From Mantamonas sphyraenae STR306 (taxonomy: Eukaryota; Protista; CRuMs): a DNA stretch of 64,000 bases. Numbering within the stretch: the first letter of the stretch is position 1; each line of letters begins with the position of its first letter. A model generated the notes under the pieces. The model saw nothing but the letters and a program-made list of their open reading frames with translations. It was not told the origin of the DNA and searched no databases. Positions 11,085 to 24,694 of the stretch are shown in pieces. The DNA lies in the NCBI GenBank assembly GCA_026936335.1, contig JAPMXV010000002.1, positions 372,001 to 436,000 on the forward strand, given 5' to 3'. Made by a program: the position numbers and the translations under genes.

Positions 11085-13228
11085 ATGAGTAGAGCTTGGA
11101 ATAATAACGTGGAACTTGGGGGCGGGATGCTGGGCCTCGGGGCGTCGTCGAGCTCGTCGAGCTCAAACGGGGCGTCCGGGTCGGCCGAGAGCCAGAACAG
11201 CGGCTATGTGTACAAAGCCACGTCGTTTGGACTGTGGCCAAACGACGATGATGACGAGGAGGAGGAGGAGACATGGCTGGGCCTCTCTCTGACGCACCGC
11301 GGGTTTGTGGCGCTGCCACTGGACCTGTGCATGTTTTCACACCTCACGGGCCTGTTTATCAACAACAACAAGATCCAGGTGCTGCCCGGGGCCATCTTTG
11401 AGTCGCTGACGCAGCTGCGCCAGCTGGACTTTTCGTTCAACCAGATCGCCGTCATCCCCGAAGAAATCGGAAACGTGAGTTTCCCTCTCGCGCTTGCCGC
11501 CTGCCCGTTGGCCAGCCGCCGTGCACTGGCACACGCTGTTTCTTGCCCGCCCACACTGTGCATGTTGTGCATGTTGGTTTGCCGTGCACGCGCATGCGAC
11601 TGGGTCTCGCGCGCGTGCTGGGAGGTGGGAGAATGGCGCGGGCGTTCCCGCGCTTGGCCCGGCCGCAAGGGCTCCCAGGGAGCGCTGTGCGGCCAAGGGG
11701 CGGCGTGCGTGGCGATGGAGTGTGTGCGGTGTTTCGCCCACGGGTGCGGTCACGGCCGTTGTGCTCACACCCTGTCACATCGCGCGGTGGCACACTGTGC
11801 ATTCCGGGGCATTTCCGCCGTGCGCAGCTGCGGGACCTGGAGGAACTGCGCATGTCAAACAACCTGGTGAGCGAACTGCCGGTGGAGATCGGGCGGCTGT
11901 GCTCGCTTCGCAGGATTGTGGTGAAGAACAACCCGCTGCGGAACCCGCCGCAGCACGTGATTGCGCAGGGGACGCTGGGGGTGGTCGGGTACCTGCGCGA
12001 CCAGATCCCTGCGCCGTCGGCACCTGCGCCGCGCAAGTGGATGTCGTACGGGTACGACATGAACGCAAACATGGACTCGCGGTTCCGTGTGCTGTGCTAC
12101 AACATCCTGAGCGAAAAGTACGCGACGGAGCAGATGTACCACTACTGCGCGTCGTGGGCGCTGAGCTGGGAGTACCGCAAGGTGCAGATCATGGACGTGC
12201 TGCTGCGGTACAACGCAGACATCCTGTGCCTGCAAGAGGTGGAGGAGGGCAAGTTTTTCAACCTGTTTCTGCCGCAGCTGCAGAAGCACGGGTACTGCGG
12301 GCTGTTTCTGGCCAAGAGCCGGGCGAAGCAAAAGTCGCCCAAGGACAGGGCGTCGGTGGACGGATGCGCCATCTTTTACAACGCACAGCGGTTCCAGCTG
12401 GTGGAGCGGTACGAGATGGAGTTTTCGCAGCTGGCGATGAAAAAGGCGCGCACGCTGCGGGACACCAACGCGCTGCAGCGGCTGATGACGCGGGACAACG
12501 TGGCGCTGGGCCTGCTGCTGGAGGTGATTGACGAGAACACGCAGGTGCGTGGGCAACCGGTGCAGCTGCAGCCAGGGACGCAGTCGCACTCGCACGGGTA
12601 CAACCCGATGGCGCCGGCAGACGGGATCGAGGGACACAACGAGGGGGAGTTTGAGATGGGCAACGCGCCGTTTACAGACTACCAGAGCGTGCCGCGGTAC
12701 GTGTTTGTGGCCAACACACACATCCACTGGGACCCGCGGTTTGCGGACGTGAAGCTGCTGCAGGTGCAGTTCCTGATGGAGGAGATCCAGAGGCTGACGA
12801 AAGACAGCGGAAAGGCGTGGAAGGACGTGCCTGTGATTATCTGCGGGGATCTGAACTCGACGGTGGACTCGGGGGTGGTGGAGTTTATGAAGGAGGGCCA
12901 CGTGGCAGGGACGCATCCGGAGCTGCAGGAGTTTAACTTTGGCGACTACACGGAGAACGGCCTGCAGCACAGTCTGTCGCTGGACAGCGCGTACGCAGGG
13001 GTCAACGAGAAGCGGATGTACACAAACTACACGAATGATTTCAAGGGGGTGCTGGACTGGATTTTCTACGACACGGACCGGGTGTTGTGCACGTCGATTC
13101 TGGAGCCGGTGCCGGAGAAGATTTTGAAGAGGGAGGTGGCGTTGCCGAGCAGTCATTTTCCGAGCGATCATGTTCCGTTGGCGGCGGAGTTTGAGTTGTT
13201 GCCGTTGATGGAGAAGAAGAAGGGGTGA
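11085..13228 (+). CDS. CCR4: CCR4-NOT deadenylase subunit (LRR + EEP nuclease); intron 11475-11827
   Basis: N-terminal LRRs; RVLCYNIL, DILCLQEV, VANTHIHWDP, ICGDLNS, TNYT..F.GVLDWIFY, FPSDHVPL. The intron is phase 0 and joins the frames. Confidence 0.93.
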
Positions 13229-13410
13229 TTGGAGGGGATGGTGGTGGGGGGATGGTGGGAGGAAGGGGGAGGAAGGAGGGTGGGGAAAAGGAGGGGAAGG
13301 GGAGGGGGAAGGAATGAAGGTTGGATGGCGTGATGGGTGGAGTTGGGGTTTGGAGGTGGGATTGGGGGGGAGTGGGTTGGAGTGGGAAATGGGGTTGGGG
13401 GGGGTTGGGG

Positions 13411-16400
13411 TCACACGCCTTCATCGTCGTCTCCGTTCTCACCCATCCCAATCTCCACTGTCACAACCTTCTCTTGCACTTCTACGAGCACTGCGCCTTG
13501 ACTGCTCACCTGCTCTTTCACTTGCATCACGTCCTGCTCCATTGCAGCCAGTTGCGCGCGGACGATGTCCACATCTGCTGCGTTCAGCCCTTGTGCTTCT
13601 GCCCGCGTCTGCACCTCTGTCAGCCATGCTCGCATTTGCGGTACCTGCTCTCCCAGGAACCGGATTGCCTTGCTCTGTTGGCCACTCTTCCTCTTGAGTG
13701 ATTCCGTGTCGCTTTGGACCGCTCGCAGCGCAGTGACAATCTCCTCCTGCGCCCTCGGGTCCAGTGCAGCCACCTGTGCCTGCCATGCTTCGTGGTCAAA
13801 CTGCACCGCGTCCAGAATCTGTGCCTGTGTCCCTTGCATCTCGTGCAGGATGCTCACAATCTCCACCTGCGAGTGCATCTCTTCCTTCTTCATCACCTCC
13901 ACCGTGTCCAGCGTCGCCACAATCTGTGTGAACGGAGGTCGTTGCGATGGATCCGTTGCCCAGCACTGCTCAATCAGCTTTGTTGCCCATCCCGGACACA
14001 CGCTCGTGTCGATCTTTTCTCGCTTGTCTGGCTTGATGGTCCACCTTGACACATGCTTGCTGTGGCCATAGTTTTTCTTGCCGCTGTACGGCTGCACTTC
14101 ATGCATCATCTCCCACAGCACCATCCCAAACGCAAACACATCCACCTTTTCGTCAAACGTCCGCATGGAGACGCTCGAGGATGCCCCTGCATCCTCCTCC
14201 TCGTCGCTGTCCGTGTCAACATCATCCACCAGCAGCTCAGGGGCCATGTATTGCCAGGACCCGGCGCCTGACTTGGTCTTTGTCTTGGTGTGCTCCTTGA
14301 CACGGCTCAGCCCAAAGTCGCTGATCCGTGCCACGCCACGTCTGTCCAGCAGCACATTCTCTGGCTTCAGGTCCCTGTGCATGATCGGTGGTTTGTATCC
14401 GTGCAGGTACGCCATCCCGTCTGCCACATCCCGTGCTATCTGCACCTTGGCCTCCTCAGACAGCCCTTCCGCACCCTCGCCCCTCTCGTGCAGCAGCTTG
14501 TGCAGCGACCCAAGCTCACACAGTTCCGTCACCATGCACACATGCTCCGGTTCCACGCACACCCCGTGCAGTGTGATCATGTTCCTGTGCTTCAGTCCCT
14601 TCATCGTCCGCACCTCGTGGTTGAATGCCGCTGCGTGTTCAGCATCCATCACCTGCACCTTCATCATCTTGATGGCTACTGGCGTGCTTCCACGCAGCAT
14701 CCCCTTGTACACAAAGGCAAACCCGCCCTCTCCCAGCAGTTCCCCTTTCGACAGATCCGACCACGGAATCTCCAGCGACTCGTCTCCGCTACTGCCCACC
14801 TCTGATCCCAGTGGCGACCCAGGCGGTGTCCACCCGTTCGATGAGCCTCTTCTGTCCTCCCCTGCAAGCACCGCCGCCAGACTCGATGCCTCCTTGCCCA
14901 GCAGTGCCTCGGCTGCATTCAGCGTTTCCAGCCGCTCGGTCTGCATCGCCTCCACCTGCTTCACACCCGCCGCTGCCTGGTCCCGCTCCTCCCGTGCACG
15001 GTTGTACTCTTCGGTCAGCTCCTCCTCCAGGAACCGCAGCATGTCTGCCTCTGCCTGCTGCACACGCTTCTGCTTCGGTCCTTTCGACCGTTCCAGACGT
15101 TGAAGTTCCCCTGCCAGCGACCCACATGCCAACTCGGCTGCCTCTTTGGTCATCGTCTGTTCTGCTTTGTGTTGTGTCTGCAGCTGTTGCTCTGTGTGGT
15201 CCACTGCTTCAGCTGTTTCTTCCAGATGTTCCTTGCTCACCTCTGCCAGCTGCTCCAGCGCATGCGTCAGTCCCTCCTGACGTTCACAGAGCAGGCGCAG
15301 CTGTGTGCGCCAGTTCTCACATTGATTCAGTGTTGCTTTGATCTGCTTGCGCTCTTTTGAGTACGCAGCAGGCAGCTCACGCAATGCTTCCTCCTCAGCA
15401 ACCTTGTCCCTGCGCAGCTGTGCCAGTCTGGTCTCCAGTTCTTCAATCTCTCGTGCCATCTCCATCACATGCGTCTCCTTCGCCAACCGCTCCTTCTCCT
15501 CCTCTGCACCCAGTGCCTCCTTCCGTGCCTCCAGCTCTCCTGTGTTGTCCTCCAGTTGCTCCAGCCCAGCTGCATACCGTCTTCCCTCCTCCCTTGTGAC
15601 CCCAGCCTGTGCCAACACCTGCTCCCTTTGTGCCTCTGCCCGTTCTGCAATCCATCCTCCAGGTGACGAGGATGGTTCACCTGCTGCTGCTTCCTTCCAC
15701 ACTCCCTCCCATACCTCTCCTGCTGCTCCATACACCTCCGTCCGCGCTGCCATCCTCTTCTCTGCCCGTTGCGCACACGCTCCCACCAGCTCCACACTCG
15801 TCTGCAGTTCCACTTCCCGTGCACTCGTCTTGGCTTCTATCGTCGTCCCTGCCTGTCGCTGTCTCGCCGCTTGCTTGTGTGTCGCCACCAGTCTCTCCAC
15901 TTCTTCCTGCTCTGCTGTCCACAGTGTCTGCTGTGTCTGTGCAGCGTGTGGAGCAGCTGCAGCCAAGAGTGTGCGTGCGCGTGCGTTCTCCTGGTCCACA
16001 CTCTCCTTCACCGTGTCCAGCACAGCATGGTGTGTCAATGCCACCTGGGTGTCTGCGATCACGGTCTCCAAGTGTTCCTGCACAGATGATGCCTCGCGCA
16101 TTGGTGTCGTCAGTGCGCTGTCGTACAGCACAGACACAACATCCGCCACGCTCGTATGTCCAGACGATGATGATGACAATGCTGTCAGCATGGCATCCAG
16201 CTCAGTCACAAACTCCACATTGGCTGTTGCTGTGGCGTATGCTGGCCAGGATGGGTCAACCGGGTTGATTGCTGCGGAGAGCAGCGCCAGGATGGCCGTG
16301 TTGCCATTTTTCTGGGCCAGCTCCAGGGCATTGGGTTTGGTGCCCAACGGGCGAGTGAGTGGATTTGCACCACGCTCGATCAGCCATGCGCACAGTTCAA

Positions 16401-17847
16401 CGTCGTTGTTGCTGACTGCAATGGTGAGGGCGTTCTCACGGTCAGGCCATGTGTCGACGTGAACACCCCATTCCAGCTGCTCCTGCATGGCATCGGTGTC
16501 AGCAGAGCGGGCGGCGGCGAGGAACGCATCTGCGTGCTCCCTGTTGCGCGAGAGACGCTGGTTGACTGCATCCTCGTACACACCAGGCATGTACCAGCAG
16601 GTGTGGTTGGATTCCAGTGCAGCGACCAGTGCTGCTGCTCCTTTGTCCCCGATGCTGTTGCCCGTGAGGTCCAGAGTCTGCAAGCTGCTGTTCTCAATCA
16701 GTGCCTGACCCAGTGCTGCTGCTCCTTTGTCGCCGATGCTGTTGTAGCTGAGGTCCAGTTTCTGCAAGCTGCTGTTCTCTCCCAGGGCCTTGGCCAGTGC
16801 TGCTGCTCCTTCTTTCCCGATGCTGTTGAAGCGGAGGTCCAGTGTCTGCAAGCTGCTGTTCTCACGCAGCGCCTGCGCCAGTGCTGCTGCTCCTTCTTCC
16901 CCGATGCTGTTGTTGTCGAGGTACAGTATCTGCAAGCTGCTGTTCTCCTTCAATGCCTGCGACAGTGCTGTTGTTCCTTCTGCCCCGATGCTGTTGTTTC
17001 TGAGGTCCACTGTCTGCAAGCTGCTGTTCTCTCCCAGGGCCTTGGCCAGTGCTGCTGCTCCTTTGTCCCCGATGCTGTTTTCCCTGAGGTCCAGGGACTG
17101 CAAGCTGCTGTTCTCACTCAGTGCCTGCGCCAGTGCTGCTGCTCCTTTGTCGCCGATGCTGTTGTCGCTGAGGTACAGTGTCTGCAAGCTGCTGTTCTCA
17201 TTCAGCGCCTGCGCAAGTGCTGCTGATCCTTCTGCCCCGATGCTGTTGAGCCTGAGATCCAGAGTCTGTACGCTGCTATTCACACTCAGTGCCTGCGCCA
17301 GTGCTGCTGCTCCTTCTGCCCCGATGCTGTTGTTCCTGAGGTTCAGTCTCTGCAAGCTGCTGTTCTCTCCCAGTGCCTGCGCCACTGCTGCAGCTCCTTC
17401 TGCTCCGATGCTGTTGTTGTAGAGGTTCAGTCTCTGCAAGCTGCTGTTCTCTCCCAAAGCCTTGGCCAGTGCTGCTGCTCCTTCTGCCCCGATGCTGTTG
17501 TTCCTGAGGTCCAGTGTCTGCAAGCTGCTGTTCCCTCCCAGGGCCTCGGCAAGTGCGGCTGCCCCTTTGGCCCCAATCCACTTCCCCGACAGATCCAATC
17601 CCTGCCCCATCCATGTCAGCCATCACTCCCTCCACCTATCCCCCACCCAAACACCCATTCTTGCCCTCCACTCCCTTCAATCTCTCCATCCTCCATCCCA
17701 CGTTGCCCGCCAACACGACACGTCACGATTTCCCTCCCATCCCAAAAACAAACTCACTTCTCCCGCCTCTGCCAATGCCACCCCAATGTGTTCCACATCA
17801 CCACTCTTCAACAGTGCGCTCCAGTCCACTTTTTCTTGTGTGCTCAT
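13411..17847 (-). CDS. LRR(12)-ANK-coiled-coil-TKL kinase, copy A; exon 1 17847-17758, intron 17757-17602
   Basis: Exon 1 is MSTQEKVDWSALLKSGDVEHIGVALAEAGE with a phase-0 GTGAGT..CTGAC..CAG intron. It has 28-aa RI-like LRRs, ANK (ALTIAV..GANP) and an intact kinase (GEGGFAFV, AIK, HRDLKPEN, DFG, APE). Confidence 0.88.
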
Positions 17848-18028
17848 GATCTATCCGGTTCTGCTTCCTTGTGTGAGTTGTCCTCCCGCTGCAGATTCCC
17901 CCCCACAATCCCTGCCTCCTTGCCACAGTCTCCTCCATCCCTCATCCACAACCCACCGATGTTACTGTTGTGTCTGCGATCTAACAATTTACTCTTTCCA
18001 GTGCCTCGATGCGCGCACTCGCCTCTTC

Positions 18029-18745
18029 TCACCGCAACCACCGCCACACCAGCTCCTTCTCCTGCACCACATTCCAATCCAACCCCCCATGCTCCGCCAA
18101 TACACACACCACCCTCCCATCCCCAGACAACAACGCAGCTTCGAGCACGCTCATCCCGGGTGCGTGCGGAGCAGCAAGATCTGCCCCTGCGTCCAGAAGA
18201 AGCTGCACACAGGACGCACTGCCCATCCGTGCGGCCTGCCGTAGTGCACTGTCGCCATTGGCAAAGTGCACCGTCACATCTGCGCCTGCATCCAACAGAG
18301 CGCGCACGGTTTGCTCGGACGCCTGCCTTGCCGCCAGCATGAGCGCCGTGTGGCCACTGAGAGAGCGGTGGTTGACATCGGCGCCTGCGTCGATGAGTAC
18401 CGAGACACAGTCTGCCTCTGCGCGGTCGGCCGCCTGGAGTAGGGCTGTGCGTGCGCGGTTGTCGGTCGCGTCGACGTCCGCCCCGCCGTCCACAAGGGCC
18501 TGGACACACTGTGGCCACCCACGCTCTGCGGCCCAGACGAGAAGAGGCACTGCATCCGGAGTCTGTGCGTTTGGATCAGAGCCTGCGTCCAGGAGGGCGG
18601 TGACACACTGTGCGCTTCCGCTCTGCACGGCAATCATCATTGCGGTGCGGCCTGTGTCACGGGCCTGGACATCTGCACCCGCACGCAACAGGTGGCCCAT
18701 GATCTGGTGTTTGTTCCAGGAGGCGGCCATCATGAGAGGGGTCAC
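18029..18745 (-). pseudogene. 5'-truncated duplicate of the ankyrin-repeat gene (frame still open, GTG overlapping the upstream TGA)
   Basis: Near-identical to the 3' 238 codons of 28695-29609 but lacks its first ~66 codons. Confidence 0.7.
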
Positions 18746-21700
18746 ACGCCTTCATCGTCGTCTCCGTTCTCACCCATCCCAATCTCCACTGTCACAAGCT
18801 TCTCTTGCACGTCTACGAGCACTGCTCCTTGACTGCTCACCCGCTCTTTCACTTGCATCACGTCCTGCTCCATTGCAGCCAGTTGCGCGCGGACAATGTC
18901 CACATCTGCTGCGTTTAGCCCTTGTGATTCTGCTCGTGTCTGCACCTCTGTCAGCCATGCTCGCATCTGTGGTACCTGCTCTCCCAGGAACCGGATTGCC
19001 TTGCTCTGTTGGCCACTCTTCCTCTTTAGTGATTCCGTGTCACTTTGTACCTGCTTCAGCGCAGTGACAATCTCCTCCTGTGCGGTGGGGTCCAGTGCAG
19101 CCACCTGTGCCTGCCATGCTTCGTGGTCAAAATGCACCGCGTCCAGGATCTGTGCCTGTGTCCCTTGCATCTCGTGCAGGATGCTCACAATCTCCACCTG
19201 CGAGTGCATCTCTTCCTTCTTCATCACCTCCACCGTGTCCAGCGTCGCCACAATCTGTGTGAATGGAGGCCGTTGCGATGGATCCGCTGCCCAGCACTGC
19301 TCAATCAGCTTTGTCGCCCATCCCGGACACACGCTCGTGTCGATCTTCTCTCGCTTGTCTGGCTTGATGGTCCACCTTGACACATGCTTGCTGTGGCCAT
19401 AGTTTTTCTTGCCGCTGTACGGCTGCACTTCATGCATCATCTCCCACAGCAGCATCCCAAATGCAAACACATCCACCTTTTCGTCAAACGTCCGCATGGA
19501 GACGCTCGAGGATGCACCTGCATCCTCCTCCTCGTCGCTGTCCGTGTCAACATCATCCACCAGCAGCTCAGGGGCCATGTACTGCCAGGACCCGGCGCCT
19601 GACTTGGTCTTTGTCTTGGTGTGCTTCTTGACACGGCTCAGCCCAAAGTCGCTGATCCGTGCCACGCCACGCCTGTCCAGCAGCACATTCTCTGGCTTCA
19701 GGTCCCTGTGCATGATCGGTGGTTTGTATCCGTGCAGGTATGCCATCCCGTCTGCCACATCCCGTGCTATCTGCAGCTTGGCCTCCTCAGACAGCCCTTC
19801 CGCACCCTCGCCCCTCTCGTGCAGCAGCTTGTGCAGCGACCCAAGCTCACACAGTTCCGTCACCATGCACACATGCTCCGGTTCCACGCACACTCCGTGC
19901 AGTGTGATCATGTTCCTGTGCTTCAGTCCCTTCATCGTCCGCACCTCATGGTTGAATGCTGCTGTGTGTTCAGCATCCATCACCTGCACCTTCATCATCT
20001 TGATGGCTACTGGCGTGCTTCCACGCAGCATCCCCTTGTACACAAAGGCAAACCCGCCCTCGCCCAGCAGTTCCCCTTTCGACAGATGCGACCACGGGAT
20101 CTCCAGCGACTCGTCTCCGCCATCGTCCGCCTCTGATCGTGGGTCCCGTCTGTCATCCTCTGCAAGCACCGCCGCCAGACTCGATGCCTCCTTGCCCAGA
20201 AGTGCCTCGGCTGCATTCAGCGTTTCCAGCCGCTTTGTCAGCATCGCCTCCACCTGCTTCACACCCGCCGCTGCCTGGTCCCGCTCCTCCCGTGCTCGGT
20301 TGTACTCTTCGGTCAGCTCCTCCTCCAGGAACCGCAACATGTCTGCCTCTGCCTGCTGCACGCGCTTCTGCTTCGGTCCTTTCGACCGTTCCAGACGTTG
20401 AAGTTCCCCTGCCAGCGACCCACATGCCAACTCGGCTGCCTCTTTGGTCATCGTCTGTTCTGCTTTGTGTTGTGTCTGCAGCTGTTGCTCTGTGTGGTCC
20501 ACTGCTTCAGCGGTTTCTTCCAGATGCTCCTTGCTCGCCTCTGCCAGCTGCTCCAGCGCATGCGTCAGTCCCTCCTGACGCGCACAGAGCATGCGCAGCT
20601 GTGTGCGCCAGTTCCCACATTGTTTCAGTGTTGCTTGGATCTGCTTGCGCTCTTTTCTGTACGCAGCAGGCAGCTCACGCAAAGCTTCCTCCTCAGCAAC
20701 CTTGTCCCTGCGCAGCTGTGCCAGTCTGGTCTCCAGCTCTCCAATCTCTCGTTCCATCTCTGTCACATGCGTCTCCTTCGCCATCTGCACCTCCTCCTCC
20801 TCTGCACCCAGTGCCTCCTTCCGTGCCTCCAGCACTCCTTTGTTGGCCTCCAGTTGCTCCAGACCAGCTGCATACCGTCTTCCCTCCTCCCTTGTGACCC
20901 CAGCCTGTGCCAACACCTGCTCCCTTTGTGCCTCTGCCCGTTCTGCAATCCATCCTCCAGGTGACGACGATGGTTCACCTGCTGCTGCTTCCTTCCACAC
21001 TCCCTCCCACACCTCTCCTGCTGCTCCATACACCTCCGTCCGCGCTGCCATCCTCTTCTCTGCCCGTTGCGCACACACTCCCACCAGCTCCACACTCGTC
21101 TGCAGTTCCACTTCCCGTGCACTCGTCTTGGCTTCAATCGTCGTCCCTGCCTTTCGCTGTCTCGCCGCTTGCTTGTGTGTCGCCACCAGCCTTTCCACTT
21201 CTTCCTGCTCTGCTGCCCACAGTGTCTGCTGTGCCTGTGCAGCGTGTGGAGCAGCTGCAGCCAGGAGTGTACGTGCACGTGCGTTCTCCTGGTGCGCATT
21301 CTCCTTCACCGTGTCCAGCACAGCATGGCGTGTCGATGCCACCTCAGTGTCTGCGATCACGGTCTCCAGGTGTGCATGCACGGAGGATGTCTCGCGCATG
21401 GGTGTCGTGTGTGCGCTGTCATTCAGCACAGACACGACATCGGCCACGCTCGTGTGTCCACACGATGATGATGACAATGCTGTCAGCATGGCATCCAGCT
21501 CAGTCACAAACTCCACATTGGCTGTTGCTGTGGCGTATGCTGGCCACGATGGGTCAACAGGGTTGGATGTTGCAGAGAGCAGCGCCAGGATGGCCATGTT
21601 GCCACGTTTCTGGGCCAGCTCCAGGGCATTGGGTTTGGTGCCCAACGGGCGAGTGAGTGGATTTGCACCACGCTCGATCAGCCATGCACACAGATCGATG

Positions 21701-23796
21701 TTGTTGTTGTTGACGGCAATGGTGAGGGCTGTGTTGTCACTGTCAGGCCAGGCATCGATGTGAACACCCCATTCCAGCTGCTCCTGCATGGCACCGGTGT
21801 CGGCAGAGCGGGTGGCGCTGAGGAACGCATATGCGTGCTCCTTGTTGCGAGAGTCTACACCATCCATGTACCAGCAGGTGTGGTTGGATTTCAGAGCGTG
21901 CGCAAGTGCAGCTGCTCCTTCTGCCCCGATGCTGTTGTCGTCGAGGTACAGTATCTGCAAGCTGCTGTTCTCACTCAGTGCCTGCGCCAGTGCTGCTGCT
22001 CCTTTGTCCCCGATGCTGTTGTTGTCGAGGTCCACTGTCTGCAAGCTGCTGTTCTCACTCAGTGCCTGCGCCAGTGCTGCTCCTCCTTCGGCTGCGATGC
22101 TGTTGTTGTCAAGCTCTAGAGTCTGCAAGCTGCTGTTGTTACTCAGTCCCTGTGCCAGTGCTGCTGCTCCTTCTGTACCGATGCTGTTGTTGTCGAGGTT
22201 CAGTGTCTGCAAGCTGCTGTTCTCCCTCAGTGCCTGCCCCAGTGCTGCTGCTCCTTCTGCACCGATACTGTTCTTGCTGAGATCCAGTGTCTGCAAGCTG
22301 CTGTTCTCACTCAGTGCCTGCCCCAGTGCTGCTGCTCCTTTGTCCCCGATGTTGTTGCCATTGAGGTTCAGTGTCTGCAAGCTACTATTCTCAGTTAGTG
22401 CCTGCGCCAGTGCTGCTGCTCCTTCTGCCCCGATGCTGTTGTTGCTGAGGTCCAGTGTCTGCAAGCTGCTGTTCTCACTCCGTTCCTGCGCCAGTGCTGC
22501 TGCTCCTTTGTCCCCGATGTTGTTGCCATTGAGGTTCAGTGTCTGCAAGCTACTATTCTCAGTTAGTGCCTGCGCCAGTGCTGCTGCTCCTTCTGCCCCG
22601 ATGCTGTTGTAGCGGAGGTCCAGTGTCTGCAAGCTGGTGTTCTCACGCAGTGCCTGCGCCAGTGCTGCTGCTCCTTCTGCCCAGATGCTGTTGCTGTTGA
22701 GGTACAGTGTCTGCAAAGTGCTGTTTTCACTCAGTGCCTGGGCAAGTGCTGCTGCACCTTTGTCGCCGGTGCTGTTGCCTCTGAGGTCCAGTGTCTGCAA
22801 GCTGCTGTTCTCACTCAGAGCTTCGGCTAGTACTGCTGCTCCCTCGTCGCCGATACTGTTGTTCCTGAGGCTCAGTGTCTGCAAGCTGCTGTTCTCACTC
22901 AATGCCTGCGCCAGTGCTGCTGCTCCATCTGCCCCGATGTTGTTGCTTCTGAGGATCAGTGTCTGCAAGGTGCTGTTCTCACCCAGAGCCTGCGCCAGTG
23001 CTGCAGCTCCTTCGTACCCAATGTTGTTGCCATACAGGTTCAGTGTCTGCAAGCTTCTGTTCCCCCTCAGAGCCTGCGCCAGTGCTGCTGCGCCTTCCTC
23101 CCCGATGCTGTTGCGGATGAGATTCAGTCTCTGCAAGCTGCTGTTCTCTCCCACGGCCTTGGCCAGTACTGCAGCTCCTTCTCCTCCGATGCTGTTGTCA
23201 TCGAGGTTCAGTGTCTGCAAGCTTCTGTTCTCATTCAGTGCCTGCGCCAGTGCTGCGGCTCCCATGTCACCGATGCTGTTGGTGTTCACGTGCAGTGTCT
23301 TCAAGCTGGTGTTCTCACTTAACGCCTGCGCCAGTGCTGCTGCTCCTTCTGCACCGATGCTATTGTTTTCGAGAATCAGTGTCTGCAAGCTGCTGTTCCC
23401 TCCCAGGGCCTTGGCCAGTGCTGCTGCTCCTTCTTCCCCGATGCTGTTCAAACCGAGTTCCAGTGTCTGCAAGCTGCTGTTCCCTCCCAGGGCCTTGGCA
23501 AGTGCGGCTGCTTGTTTGTCCCCAATCCCGTTCCCCATCAGATTCAATCCCTGCCCCATCCATTTCAGCCATCACTCCCTCCACCTATCCCCCACCCAAA
23601 CACCCATTCCTGCCCTCTATCCCGTCCAATCTCTCCATCCTCCATCCCACATAGCTCGCCAACACGACACGTCACGATTTCCCTCCCCTCCCAAAAACAA
23701 ACTCACTTCTCCCGCCTCTGCCAATGCCACCCCAATGCGTTCCACATCACCACTCTGCAACAGTGCGCTCCACTCCACTTTTTCTTGTGTGCTCAT
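18742..23796 (-). CDS. LRR(20)-ANK-coiled-coil-TKL kinase, copy B; exon 1 23796-23707, intron 23706-23551
   Basis: Same architecture and exon 1 as copy A, with 20 LRR units counted. Confidence 0.88.
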
Positions 23797-23977
23797 GATG
23801 TATCCGGTTCTGCTTCCTTGTGTGAGTTGCCCTCCCGGTGCAGATTCCCCCCCACAATCATTGCCTCCTTGCCACAGTCTCCTCCATCCCTCGTCCACAA
23901 CCCACCGATGTTACTGTTGTGTCTGCGATCTAACAATTTACTCTTTCCAGTGCCTCGATGCGCGCACTCGCCTCTTC

Positions 23978-24694
23978 TCACCGCAACCACCGCCACACCA
24001 GCTCCTTCTCCTGCACCACATTCCAATCCAACCCCCCATGCTCCGCCAATACACACACCACCCTCCCATCCCCAGACAACAACGCAGCTTCGAGCACGCT
24101 CATCCCGGGTGCGTGCGGAGCAGCAAGATCTGCCCCTGCGTCCAGAAGAAGCTGCACACAGGACGCACTGCCCATCCGTGCGGCCTGCCGTAGTGCACTG
24201 TCGCCATTGGCAAAGTGCACCGTCACATCTGCGCCTGCATCCAACAGAGCGCGCACGGTTTGCTCGGACGCCTGCCTTGCCGCAAGCATGAGCGCCGTGT
24301 GGCCACTGAGGGAGCGGTGGTTGACATCGGCGCCTGCGTCGATGAGTACCGAGACACAGTCTGCCTCTGCGCGGTCGGCCGCCTGGAGTAGGGCTGTGCG
24401 TGCGCGGGTGTCGGTCGCGTCGACGTCCGCCCCGCCGTTCACAAGGGCCTGGACACACTGTGGCCACCCACGCTCTGCGGCCCAGACGAGAAGAGGCACT
24501 GCATCCGGAGTCTGTGCGTTTGGATCAGAGCCTGCGTCCAGGAGGGCGGTGACACACTGTGCGCTTCCGCTCTGCACGGCAATCATCATTGCGGTGCGGC
24601 CTGTGTCACGGGCCTGGACATCTGCACCCGCACGCAACAGGTGGCCCATGATCTGGTGTTTGTTCCAGGAGGCGGCCATCATGAGAGGGGTCAC
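23978..24694 (-). pseudogene. Second 5'-truncated ankyrin-gene duplicate
   Basis: Same junction and near-identical sequence as 18029-18745. Confidence 0.7.

Noticed and set aside
13230-13410. G-rich tracts after stop codons (also 7400-7600, 43570-43720) as G-quadruplex terminators
   Set aside because: These cannot be distinguished from general low-complexity composition without transcript end data.
16640-23550. Many variable LRR codons are NNC, reminiscent of DGR adenine mutagenesis of AAC
   Set aside because: There is no reverse transcriptase or template repeat in the window; high GC3 explains C-ending codons, and non-NNC variants (agg, gaa, tgg) occur.
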